Below, piece after piece: positions 49,490 through 60,077 of a stretch of DNA of 60,427 nucleotides. A model generated the notes under the pieces. That model was not told where the DNA came from. It was given only the letters and a program-made list of their open reading frames with translations, and ran no database searches. How positions within the stretch are numbered: the first letter of the stretch is position 1; each line of letters opens with the position of its first letter. A program made the translations under genes and the position numbers. Origin of the DNA: a virus (lineage: Duplodnaviria > Caudoviricetes); the IMG/VR virus record IMGVR_UViG_3300031403_000011, positions 1 through 60,427 of that record; one strand, 5' to 3'.

Positions 49490-49843
49490 TTATATGAGTC
49501 TTTTTTTCCGTTGAGCTTTTTCAATACCTTTGTAGACACAGGACTTATCCTGTATGCGATTTCTATGTTTGTTATCTTCTACTCACTTTATCCAATAATG
49601 ATAAGTGATTATAGTAACAGAATTCTTAGATGTTTTAAATGTAAATGTATGTCACTTAGATGTAATAGAATGAGTACCTATTCATGACGAGTATACAGCT
49701 ATAGGATATCAGTTAAAAGTTTCTTCCCTGCAAAGCTTATTGAACTTTGATTTTATATATTTTTTAGCTTTAGGGTAAGTCTTTATTTTTCTGATATATT
49801 CTATAACTCTATCACAAGCATGATCTGTTATATTTATTCTCAT
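49490..49843 (-). CDS. Basic protein, possible BECR-fold RNase (117 aa)
   Basis: ITDHACDR...VTIITY pattern resembling DUF4258/colicin E5-like RNases. Confidence 0.45.
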
Positions 49844-50136
49844 TATAATCTTTGTTTATAAAGTTCTAGGAAATCTTTATTGGTATCATAGATATCAATA
49901 AGTTCCGGTGTAGTGAAGTTCTCCATAATATTTATGATAGCTTCATCCTCAGTCTTTAAACATCATTTACATAATTTATCTTTGAGTAACCATTCTTTTA
50001 ATCAGACTATTATATTCTGATCTGATTTATCTATAAGCATAATCTGCAAATGAAGTGTTCACTTGCATCATGCTTTAGATTTATATTCACAGTCTACACG
50101 AATAAAAAATTGCTCGTTGTATTTTTTTGTTATCAT
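49843..50136 (-). CDS. Hypothetical protein (97 aa)
   Basis: Code 25 ORF coupled to neighbours on both sides. Confidence 0.55.
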
Positions 50137-50477
50137 AGGATAGTAATCTTAGGATTAGTTTTTTCAAACTCTTTAAACATCCTAAGTCTAAGACTTTCTA
50201 ATTGTGCTTCTGGGAATCATTGTTTGTTTTCATAGAAGAGTCAGTAAGTAACTGAGAATATTCTTGATAGATATGAATCATCTAAATCATGAGATGGTTC
50301 TAATCCCATAGCCATAACATAATTCATAGCAATGAAATACTTATATAGGAATTCTTCAAAGTCGTCAGTAATTGTTTCAAGCCTTTTGTAGTCAGTAGAT
50401 AATAGAACTTGTAAGCTCATTCTATCTGAATCAAATTTAACTCTTACCATGTCTTCGTTATCTTTTTCATTTTCCAT
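50130..50477 (-). CDS. Hypothetical protein (115 aa)
   Basis: Code 25 extension of ORF 50241-50477. Confidence 0.65.
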
Positions 50478-51621
50478 AATTTTTTACATATAAATTTTCT
50501 AAAGTTTTTGCTCTACTAAGTCATACATATATTTCATTATGAGAAAGATCCCCTACATTATGAAATACAACTCTATCCAGAGTTAATCATTGTGTCTTAT
50601 GGATAGTAGAAGCCCAAGCAAGCTTGAGAGGTATCTGATAAAACTTTCATAGTATCTCTTGTCATCTAGATGTATATCAAACCTGCTCCCATTTATTAAT
50701 CATAATAGGATGCTGCTTTCATTTTACATCTATGATCACTCATCACTTTACGAACTTTACTACTTTTCACAATGTTCCATTCTTGAGCTCACTATCTATA
50801 TTAGCTGTGACCATTACTAATGCATCTACTTTAAGTAGTAACTTTATTGGAGTAATACAATTCTTTAAATTGAAAGTTCATGTAGTAACTCAAGTATAAG
50901 TTTTTTGTGCTGTGTCTAGTAATGCTATAGCTTTAGCATTGTGTGCATCTACCATACGATTATATGGTATGATATGTATAGAGTTATTCCATACATCTGG
51001 AGTGATATCTGTTTGTATTTTAGATACAGCCTCCAATTTATTATCACGAACATCTTGAAGTATATCAAGAAATTCTGGATTATCTTGTCGGAATATTTTA
51101 GTAAGGAATATTTCCTTAAATCATTTGTAACATCTAGCATTATCAAATGTAAGTTCTCCATATTGTTTCTTAAATCATTCTATGATTTCTTTATCCATAT
51201 TTGTATGAGGTACATATACCGGTTGTAATTGAGCTTTATCTCATACAACGATTATCTGTATACCTCCAAAAGGAAGAGATGAATCTGCATAGTGTCTAAG
51301 GAACTTATCTATCTGATCAAATTGATCTGGGCCTATCATTGATATCTCGTCTATGACTATAAGCTTTACAGCTCTCCAGTCTAGATCAGAGTATCATGGA
51401 GACTTATTAAATTGAAGTCAAAATATTCTAAATACAGAATGCATAGTAACTCCTCATATATTAATAGCAGAGATACCTGTAGATGATGTAAGGATAACAT
51501 TATGTTTTCCAACTTCTTCTACATACTGCTTTAATACATAGGACTTACCAGTACCTGCATATCATGTAAGGAATATATTAACTCAAGATCTAGCTTCTTT
51601 TAAGAATTGTTCTTGAGTCAT
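50458..51621 (-). CDS. Pif1/RecD-family SF1B helicase (387 aa)
   Basis: IFLTG*YAGTGKS, STGISA...G*GVTMHS, IVIDEISM, PFGGIQIIVVG*DKAQLQPV, QIPLKLAWASTIHKTQG*LTL, YVG*LSRA. Confidence 0.93.
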
Positions 51622-52142
51622 TTGTTGTTAAAATTAATTTCTAAAAGATTAAACTCTTTTGAGATTTTGGGATCAAGTCTTTGATTAATTGTGTAATACA
51701 TTACTCAATAGTTTACTTGGTTTTCGCATTGCTTCTCATATTCATATATAGATTTAGCATAGAGATATCATGAACCTATAGAGAAGAAAGGATTATCTTC
51801 TCACATAATAGAACATGCAGGTCATTCTATAATCATACATTCGTTATGAGTTATAACAAGCATATCAATAAGATACTTTCACTCACAATATGTATCTTTA
51901 ATATATTCAGCAAATTTAATAAAATTTACTGATGATATTTTTTCCTTTCCATATACATGAGTGTAAGCAGCTTGAAGTGTTGTGTCTGGAATATGTCTTC
52001 ATGCTATTGAGATGTATACATTACCACTAAGTTTGAGAACCTTATTCATATTCTCAACCATAGTATGTCATCCTGTTGCATATTTATCTGATGTAATAAT
52101 GTAATTGCGATCAGATAATCTTTCACATGTTACAAGAGTCAT
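51600..52142 (-). CDS. HslV/proteasome-beta-like Ntn peptidase (180 aa)
   Basis: N-terminal MT, ...TSD...NKV...SIAG*..., FSIGSG*YLYA. Confidence 0.65.
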
Positions 52143-52144
52143 AA

Positions 52145-52348
52145 TTAAATATATTTAGGGGATGTAAATTCTTGAATATACATTTCATATATGACAGTAA
52201 TAAACCAAATAGAATAGAGAGCATAGAATACCCCCATTCACATTGGTCATACTTGTAGGAATGTAAGTCATACATACATAAAGAATGCATTAAATATCGG
52301 AAGTCTTGTTGGGAGATACTTAGGATGTATCTTAGTTTTGTTTTCCAT
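52145..52348 (-). CDS. Small membrane protein (67 aa)
   Basis: Two hydrophobic segments. Confidence 0.5.
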
Positions 52349-52931
52349 GTTCTAGCAAGGTAAAAAAATAATGACTAAGTTCTAGAAATAATTCTTTATA
52401 GAAGTATTCAGAACTAATAACTTTGAATTCTTTATCTGATAGATGAACTAATACTCATGGTCTATCATTTAGAAATTCATAACCTCAAAGTTGTAATAGG
52501 TATTTAAGAGATGTATTCATACTAGATTTATAATCTGCATTGGTAGGTATGATTCATAATTTTCATACTACATCAATGGTTCATTGTATGGTGCATTCCT
52601 CTCAATGTACAAATATAGATTTCCTATATTTAGTTTCAGTAGATTCTATAGTAACATCATATAATACTTGAAACTTAGTAATTTGTTTATGTTGTGTCTT
52701 GGATTTACCAAGAGCAAAATCCTCAGCTTCGTTGTGAATTCTTGTTCATCTTTCACAGGCTTTAGATAATGCTTCTTTGTAATTCCTTTTAACATACTCA
52801 AATCATGGATCTACTATGAGTCATAGGATAGTAGTAACAGATGGAATACCATCGTTATATCTATCCCAATCCCAATCAATAGATTGTTTTAATTTGAATC
52901 AGTTCTGATCACAGAATTCTTGTATGTTCAT
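52332..52931 (-). CDS. PD-(D/E)XK exonuclease (RecB/Cas4-like, 199 aa)
   Basis: PSVTTILG*, RG*TRIH, G*TIDVVG*, ADYKSS, YLLQLG*GY. Confidence 0.88.
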
Positions 52932-52940
52932 AATTATTTA

Positions 52941-54062
52941 TTAGTAAGGAGCTCAGTTTTGTACTGCAGCATTTGCTCATTTGTTTTGATTAAATATTGC
53001 TTCTGCTCAAGCTACAGTAATTTCTTCTGTCTCAGCATCTTGAACTTCTTCTTCACTTCCAGATGCAATAGCTTTTTGATTAGTAGAAGAGTAATCTTGA
53101 TATGCTTCTTGAAGAGTAGCTTTCCCTCATTCAACTGAGATAATTTTCATAGGAGTAGGGTTTCCGAAACTATTTTCAAAGTGTTGTTCTTGTAGTCCAT
53201 GTATATATTCTACATCATCTATATTAGATCCAAGCATCATTTGAAGAGCTTCATAATCTATATGACTTAGGAAGTTTCCTTTCTCATTCTTAGTAATAGA
53301 ATGTTTCACTATTACTTGAGACTCAGCTATAGATCTTACAGCTTTCATAGAGTTTGATTCTCTCACTTTATTAAATTCTGGAAGAGCTTTATCAATTGCA
53401 GCGAGAAGAGTTCCGTCTGCAGCATCACATCTTTCTTGAGCATCATTATCCCAAGTAATACCGAAGTATTGTGGTTTCATGAATGTTCTAAAGTATTCAT
53501 CTTTATGTTCTCCAGAAGTGAATCTTCCGTAGACTACAAATGATTTAGAGAGTTCTGATGAATCATAAGGTCTTCCCTCTACAGTTTTACCTTGCTTGTA
53601 GAAGAAGTTCATATCTCCATTAAGAATTTTAGATTTGATCATAGCTTGGAATCCTTGTTTATCAAAGAATCAAAGTATGTTTCTACCTCATCTTAAACCG
53701 ATAGGTTGTTCTTTACTAGTGAAACGAGAGTATTCATTCGTAGTAAAGTATACAGCTTCATTAGCTGTAAATCATGAGTTGTCTACAGGGTAGCATTGTC
53801 CAGAGAATACTTCTAGAATAGAGAGAATGTTATAAGAGATAGGTCACTCTATAAACTTTACTTCTCCAGTAGATGCTTCTTTGATCTGGAACTTTCCTGC
53901 TTTCTCTGGATCTGGTTCTTTTCAAGGAGCAGGGTTATAAACTTTCAGAGTATGTATTTGAGCCATAACTGACTCAGTTGCTTGAGATCATCCAGAGTTC
54001 TCTAGCATACTCATATCTGGCATCGCTACTGCTGTTGTAGCTTTAGTGGTATCTTGTGTCAT
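52941..54062 (-). CDS. Possible ssDNA-binding or annealing protein (373 aa)
   Basis: Code 25 extension of ORF 53127-53642; acidic tail; adjacent to the exonuclease; function inferred. Confidence 0.5.
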
Positions 54063-54131
54063 ATAAACAAAGATTAGAATGTAAAAAGGCTGTTAGGCCA
54101 AGGTGTTATATTTCCCTGTTGGGATTTAGAA

Positions 54132-54491
54132 CTATAATTTTGTAGACTCTTGTTTTAAGCTTTCAGTTATTTCATTCATCATTTTATTGTATTCATCTAT
54201 AACTACTATGTAATCTATTTCTTTATACTCTTTTATTTTCTCAAGCCTATCAAGTAATTCTTTTGATATGAATGTATCACATCATGTAACTATCAATCAT
54301 ATATTCTCATCTACTAATAAATCTCATAGCATTGCTCTTCCAATAACATTATTGTATTGTCCAAGAAATTCTATTTTATATTCTCACTCATAGTGTTCTA
54401 CGAATACATAGTCTTCTGCATATGTTCAATACTTCTTTGTTTCTGCATCATTTAGTTTTTCATGATGGTCTATGAATTCTTGTATTTTCAT
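54132..54491 (-). CDS. Hypothetical protein (119 aa)
   Basis: Code 25 ORF. Confidence 0.55.
54137..54148 (-). promoter_or_regulatory. Repeated motif AGTCTACAAAAT (copy 4)
   Basis: Overlaps the last codons of the upstream gene, 75 nt before the 54062 ATG. Confidence 0.65.
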
Positions 54492-54660
54492 TATGCAAAT
54501 ACTTTAGAATCTAAAGCATCGTGTTCTACTAGGTTTTCTGCAGCTTGATTGTGATTCATTTTTCAGAATGAATGTTCGTATCATTTTTGTTTAGTAATGA
54601 ATACAGGTCATATACCTGCAGCGATTGCTATCAATGTATTTCTGAATCTTGAATCTTCCA

Positions 54661-54915
54661 TTATGTATATTTTAAATTGTTAAGATGAATATCAGTAAGA
54701 ACATCAACTCAAATAATATCTTTATTTGAGTGACATTTCCTACAAAGAGCCATAAGGTTTTCTATTTTGTCTTGTTCATCTTTATTATTTTTTCAGAACT
54801 GAGATCGTTCTATTAAGTGATCTATATCACATGGATGTTTTCAACAATTTTCACAATTGATTTCATGAGGCATCAATCAAAAGTATTGTAGGTAAACCTT
54901 GATATGGTTTTGCAT
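54661..54915 (-). CDS. HNH endonuclease (84 aa)
   Basis: CENCG*...DIDH...ENLMALCRKCH. Confidence 0.85.
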
Positions 54916-54917
54916 AA

Positions 54918-55142
54918 TTAACTTTTAGTGAATCAAGAACATGAGCGACATTCTCATTTGCATTTATCTATAAATCAGAATAACTCAAGCACTCAGCATT
55001 TACATGTATAGTAATATGCTGTTGCTGTAAGAACTGATTTATTTTTTCATGCTCACATCTCTAACATTTTAGTAGGCATAGATGTAACCATTTCTTTTGT
55101 AAGAGAATACTTCTCTAACATAGCTGTAATAAATTTATTCAT
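54918..55142 (-). CDS. Small Cys-rich protein (74 aa)
   Basis: CKCG*...CRSC. Confidence 0.5.
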
Positions 55143-55143
55143 T

Positions 55144-55686
55144 TTATATTTCTTCAAGAACTAAAATATAATCATTGAGATTCTTTCATTCTTTAGCCAT
55201 CTTCTCAAGTCGCATTACGACTTCTGAATCTATAGAGAATTTAAGAGTTCTATTATTAGAATCTTTCATCTCAGTTACACGACCATTGAATTCATATTCT
55301 CCTGCAGCTTTACGATCTCTCATATACTGATTGTGAATACCTGCCATTCTTTTTACGAATGTTTCATCAGTATCTTTAAGAACTTGCTGAGGTTTCTTAA
55401 TGTTTTCATACTCAGATCTGAGTGAAACATTATAAGATTTAGGAGATAGAATTATATGACATACATAATTCATCTTAAGAAGTTTTGGGAGATCTCTTAC
55501 TTTGAACGATATAGTCCAGAAGTAATCTTTATCCATCTTAGCTTCTTTGAATTCTGGTACAGTATGATGGCCCATAATACCAGTATCAATTACAAGGAGT
55601 TCTACTCATTGCTGCAATTCTTCTGATACATGTTCCATATCTTCCATCATAACTTTCTCTTCCTCAATAGGAGTACGATCAAACAT
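55144..55686 (-). CDS. Hypothetical protein (180 aa)
   Basis: Code 25 extension of ORF 55186-55575. Confidence 0.7.
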
Positions 55687-55780
55687 AATAAATATGTTAG
55701 TAAATAAAATATAGCTTGTAGTAAGCTATGCCCTATGGTCATAGATAAGTATAACCACAGAGCATAACCTTTTAGTTATG

Positions 55781-56158
55781 TTATATTATTTCTATTTCCA
55801 TACGAGGATTCTTTGTATCTTTTCCTCATACTGTAGTATGTTTTTCTATAAAGTATTTCATATTGTCATCTGGAACGCATCACAGTTCCACGAGAGTGTC
55901 GTTAAAGAACTTAGAGAGTACAGCATCCCAATTATCTAAATCGGATATTCTAGCATAGTATATAGTGAGACATAGACCATATGGAGTTTTAAATGTTTTT
56001 CATTTAAGTTGATCCTGTATTATTTCTTTGAATTTAATTTTAACTTGATTACTCATAATGAAATGACAGTTTCTGTACCAGTTCATATTGAGTGATACTT
56101 TTTTGTTCTTCATTGTTTTTCTTTCAAGCTCAATGTAGAGAGGACAGATAATTTTCAT
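55781..56158 (-). CDS. rusA: RusA-like Holliday junction resolvase (125 aa)
   Basis: LNMNWYRN, SDLDN...K...D.L...G*.VPDDN, NPRMEI. Confidence 0.82.
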
Positions 56159-56322
56159 TATTTTAATTTTAGGTTAGTGAATGATTTGCACTTAGTACAT
56201 ATCATATTGTGGACGATACCAGTCTTTCATCTATTGAAAGTTCTGAATCTAATAGGAGCATTACAGCACTCTGATCTATATCAAAGTAAGTAAGTCATTA
56301 TTCTTTTCCATAGGTTTTTCAT
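56158..56322 (-). CDS. Small Zn-ribbon protein (54 aa)
   Basis: SECCNA...CTKC. Confidence 0.55.
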
Positions 56323-56360
56323 ACATACAAGATTAAATAAATATAACTCTAACATATATA

Positions 56361-56388
56361 GTTATATACTTATTGAATAACAATGCAA
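56361..56388 (-). promoter_or_regulatory. sigma70-like promoter TTGCAT-N16-TATAAC heading the recombination/early block
   Basis: Follows the terminator at 56391-56422; shares 26 nt with 34109-34134. Confidence 0.55.
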
Positions 56389-56390
56389 AT

Positions 56391-56422
56391 AAAAAATGCT
56401 ATTTTATTATAAATAGCATTTA
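56391..56422 (-). terminator. Intrinsic terminator ending the tail/late block
   Basis: AAAATGCTATTT-ATAATA-AAATAGCATTTT followed by TT. Confidence 0.7.
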
Positions 56423-56427
56423 CTTTT

Positions 56428-56991
56428 TTATGTAACTCTGTTTCGCTTACGAAAGTTTCTTCCTCATCCAAATCGTACAGCCCAGTATACTACAGTAGGT
56501 TGTAGCTTTTTAGGAGTTCTATATATATCTTCGTTTTCTTCTTTGATAAGTTGTAACATAAACTTATCAGCGAACTTTCTATTATATAGAAATTCAGTAG
56601 TAGTTGCATTAGGATTTTGTATCTTACCATTCTTCTTAAGTTTATTAAACTTAGGAGAGAGATTGTTTGAATCTATGATAGTAACCTTACAATCTTTATC
56701 TGTGAATCTATCGTGTGCGAGATATGCTACATATTCGTCTTTCTCTGAGATCCAACGAGCCCAAGATGGTATAGTACCAAAATCAAATAAATATCATGCA
56801 GGGATAACCATATACTCATTCTGATGATCATAATCAATCCATACAAGTATATCATGATCTAGAGTCTTATATAGATTTCTATCTACATAGTTTATAGAAT
56901 GGTATCTGTTTCTCGCTACATAAGAATATTTTACATATTTCTTATTATTAAACATCAGAAATTTCTGATTTATATTTACTGAGTAATTCAT
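56428..56991 (-). CDS. DUF1353-like protein (187 aa)
   Basis: IPAG*YLFDFGTIP...AHD...RKFAD...YWAVRFGG*. Confidence 0.75.
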
Positions 56992-57012
56992 AATACTTAT
57001 TTTTACGGATCT

Positions 57013-57261
57013 TTACGGAAGATCTAAATTAGATTTTGTACCTATAGATTTCTTGCCTTGGCAGTTCCAAGCTTTTCTAGCCCAGTAGTTTGGAGTAGTC
57101 TTATCATTGGCTCATCCTATTCCAGAACTACGAGCACAGTATGAATCTCATGCTTTTGTTCAGGGTTTCATAGTATATCAAGTAGCTCAGAAATGTACTT
57201 TCTTTCAATCTACTACGACATAGTATTTCTTTCACTTGTTATTTGATCTGTGTACTTTCAT
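57013..57261 (-). CDS. Small basic phage protein (DUF6321/DUF5754-like, 82 aa)
   Basis: KKVHFG*...SYCARS...NYWARKAWNC. Confidence 0.7.
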
Positions 57262-57838
57262 CAGTTCTTTGTAATACAATATTAAATGGGCCAGATGTGA
57301 ATCTTTGTTTCTTTGGTATTGAGTTATAAAAGAATGTTTGGTAACTTCTAATATAACATCATGCTCATGTTATATTAGTTTTATAGAATTTTTTTCAGTC
57401 AATAGTATTTTCTCATCCGAATATCCATTCTCAATCTAATATACCATCATTGTTTTTATCTCACTTTCATCAGAATTCTCAAGTTTCTTTTCGTTCTGAA
57501 AAAGTAGTTTGAAGTGTTCTATGCTTTTTAATATCAATCATCTTATCCATTTGAGTATCATTCATAGTAAGAAGATCATAATCACTAGAACATAATAGAT
57601 AGTCATCCCATATGATAAGTCATAAAGCCCAGTAACTACTTTTAGATACCATCTTAATAGGTTCTCATAAAATAAATTCTGGGACTTTAGGAGCTATAAA
57701 TTTATAGGTCCATATATTTCTTTCTGATTTATTTTTAGAATAGAATTCTCATATATTGTGAACTGATCACATAAGCATGAAAGAAAATAACATTAATACA
57801 AAGAATGTACTTAATAAGTATGTAATTATTTTTTTCAT
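57239..57838 (-). CDS. Membrane-anchored hypothetical protein (199 aa)
   Basis: N-terminal hydrophobic helix; code 25 ORF. Confidence 0.6.
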
Positions 57839-58146
57839 TTTTTTATATTAGAATATATTTCTTTTCATGTAGAGATGTTTTCAGATACTGTTTTTCAAAT
57901 CAATCATATCTCTAGTCATAAGACTTGTATTATACACGCAGCTCATACCCAGTCAAATGTACCATTAAGTTGTATTCATTTTTCTATAGTGTATATTGAG
58001 TATAGAAACCAAAATATTCATACAAATGCTATGATAGAATATGTTGGTCTAAGATGTTTTCATCCTATCCATCAAATGACTATTCATATAATCAATATTA
58101 TAAATCATATAGAAATTATCAGGAATATGTTTTCTTGTATAATCAT
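57826..58146 (-). CDS. 3-TM membrane protein, possible holin (106 aa)
   Basis: Three hydrophobic Gly(TGA)-rich segments; lies after the tail genes. Confidence 0.55.
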
Positions 58147-58157
58147 TTTTTTTCTTA

Positions 58158-58655
58158 TTAATATACTTCTATAGCAATTAAGTGTCTTCCTCATACAGCA
58201 TTATTTTCATACCAAGCATCTACATTGTTTGTCTGGAAACTGTTTAGTATTTGATATGTTTTATCAAGATTAACATGAGGACTATATAGATACGACTTCA
58301 TTGTCTTTCATAAATGTGTAGCTATATAGTCTGCAGTATAAGCAGTATTACCTATATGCCAAGTAGGATTAGGAATATGAACTCATCCTAGGAATATTAT
58401 GTTTCCATATATTCTATAGTATACAGTTCTTCATAATATTGTTGTAGTAAGACTTACTTCTGCAGTAGGAAAACTTGCTCATGGAGTAAGTGTTCATTCT
58501 ACTTCATGTATTGTAACTCAGTCTTTTATGTTTTCTGCAAGAAGATTAGGATCTTCTTCTCGTCTCCATGTTTTATCAGCCGAATAATATTTATATCTTA
58601 TTCAGCCTTTTATATGAACTTGTCAGTTAGTAGGAGATGTAGGGTATATTGACAT
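58158..58655 (-). CDS. Short tail-fibre-like protein (165 aa)
   Basis: YPTSPTNG*Q...TW; DPNLLAENIKDG*VTI..VEG*TL. Confidence 0.65.
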
Positions 58656-58660
58656 AGGTT

Positions 58661-59608
58661 TTAATTAAGAGCTATCCATACTGTACCTGTACAGAAGTAT
58701 ATAGTATTCTGGGAAGTGTTATAGAAATGATTTCATCCATTCCCTGTAACAGCAGGAGTGTTTGGTCCAGAACTATATCACATTACTTGCTTCCATACAG
58801 GAGAACTTGATGATGTTGTTCCATAACATACCCAAGCTTTTTCTGAATCATACTCTTTTGCTAGTGCTGAGTATCATCCATTACTATCTCTTTTACCTAT
58901 CATAGAATAATGAAAGTATTGAGATGTAATTCAAGGTGGAGTATTTGTTGAACCTGCAACTTTTACAAATCAGCTCCACCCCATAGGTTTAGAGTAATTT
59001 GTACTAGCTGCAAATGTATAGAGAGGAGAATTTATTTTTCATGAATTTGTATCATCAAACTTTTTAGATCAAGTAATATCTACATCTCAAGCTATAGGAA
59101 CTTTTTTTGTTTGCAGTTCATCTATCGCTTCTTGTACATCTTCTGCAGTAAGTCAGCTTACTGTATTATCATATGATACATCTATTGCAGCAGATATGAA
59201 TGATAGTTCTCATACTATATCATTTAAGTATTCTACAGTTACAAGATCTTTATCATCTCATATATCTGAAAGATCTACATTCATTTTAGTGAGGCCTTGT
59301 ATAATAAGTTCTGCTCAAGTAGAAAGTATTATTTCTGCATTGGTAGATACTTTTTTAAACTCAGCTACATCATTAATTCAGATGCCTGCATTAAATATAG
59401 ACTTAGCTATAAATGTTTTTATACCATCTATATCTTGATCATTTGTTTTTAGAACATAGTTTATACTATCTATAAGAGGAACTTCCGTACCATCTTCAAA
59501 TAAGAAATAAAATATATTATTCTTATTATAAAACTTTACAAATCCAGTATCTGGATTAGCAGGTTTACTGGATAATATTTTTGTATAGAGTGATCCTATT
59601 TGTTTCAT
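58661..59608 (-). CDS. Second tail fibre protein (315 aa)
   Basis: NDQDIDGIKTF; VSYDNTVSG*LTAEDVQEAIDEL; FYNT...YFCTGTVW. Confidence 0.75.
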
Positions 59609-59738
59609 AGTATAATATTACTTAGTTATAATTTTCCCTTCCCTTTCTATTCTATCAATTAAAGCTATGCCCCTAGAAACCTCTCAAGAGAGTTTTACTA
59701 GTAGCTCTATAATTTTATCTTCTGATGCCATTATGTTT

Positions 59739-60077
59739 TTATGTTAAAATATTTTTTATCTCATTAAACTTACCTCTTGCGTATTCAAGTCTAGGGTCAT
59801 CATTCCCCTCTGCTAATACTTCTATACAACCTGCTAATAAATTTAGTTGGTCAGAGAGAGAAGCAATATCATTTATTAACTTTAATTTCTCTTGCTTAGC
59901 TTTTTGTAATTGCATTTCTTTTTCTCTTGCCTTAACTTCATCAGTTTTAATAAATTTTCACCCAGTATACTTATATCAAAGATTTATTTTTTCAATATCT
60001 AACTCACTTAAAACCACCCTTTCCTTCTCTATTATTGCGAAAGTTTCCTTTCAATCATTTATCATTTCGTATTCCAT
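59739..60077 (-). CDS. Putative tail-fibre assembly chaperone (112 aa)
   Basis: Directly downstream of the long fibre across the circular join; G*YKYTGG*KFI then helical. Confidence 0.5.

Noticed and set aside
7396-57838. In-frame TGA coinciding with the next gene's ATGA (7396, 27107, 27520, 50133, 51618, 57835), suggesting fossil or context-dependent stops
   Set aside because: A similar number of short overlaps occur in the other frame and each has a TAA/TAG a few codons later, so overlap geometry explains it
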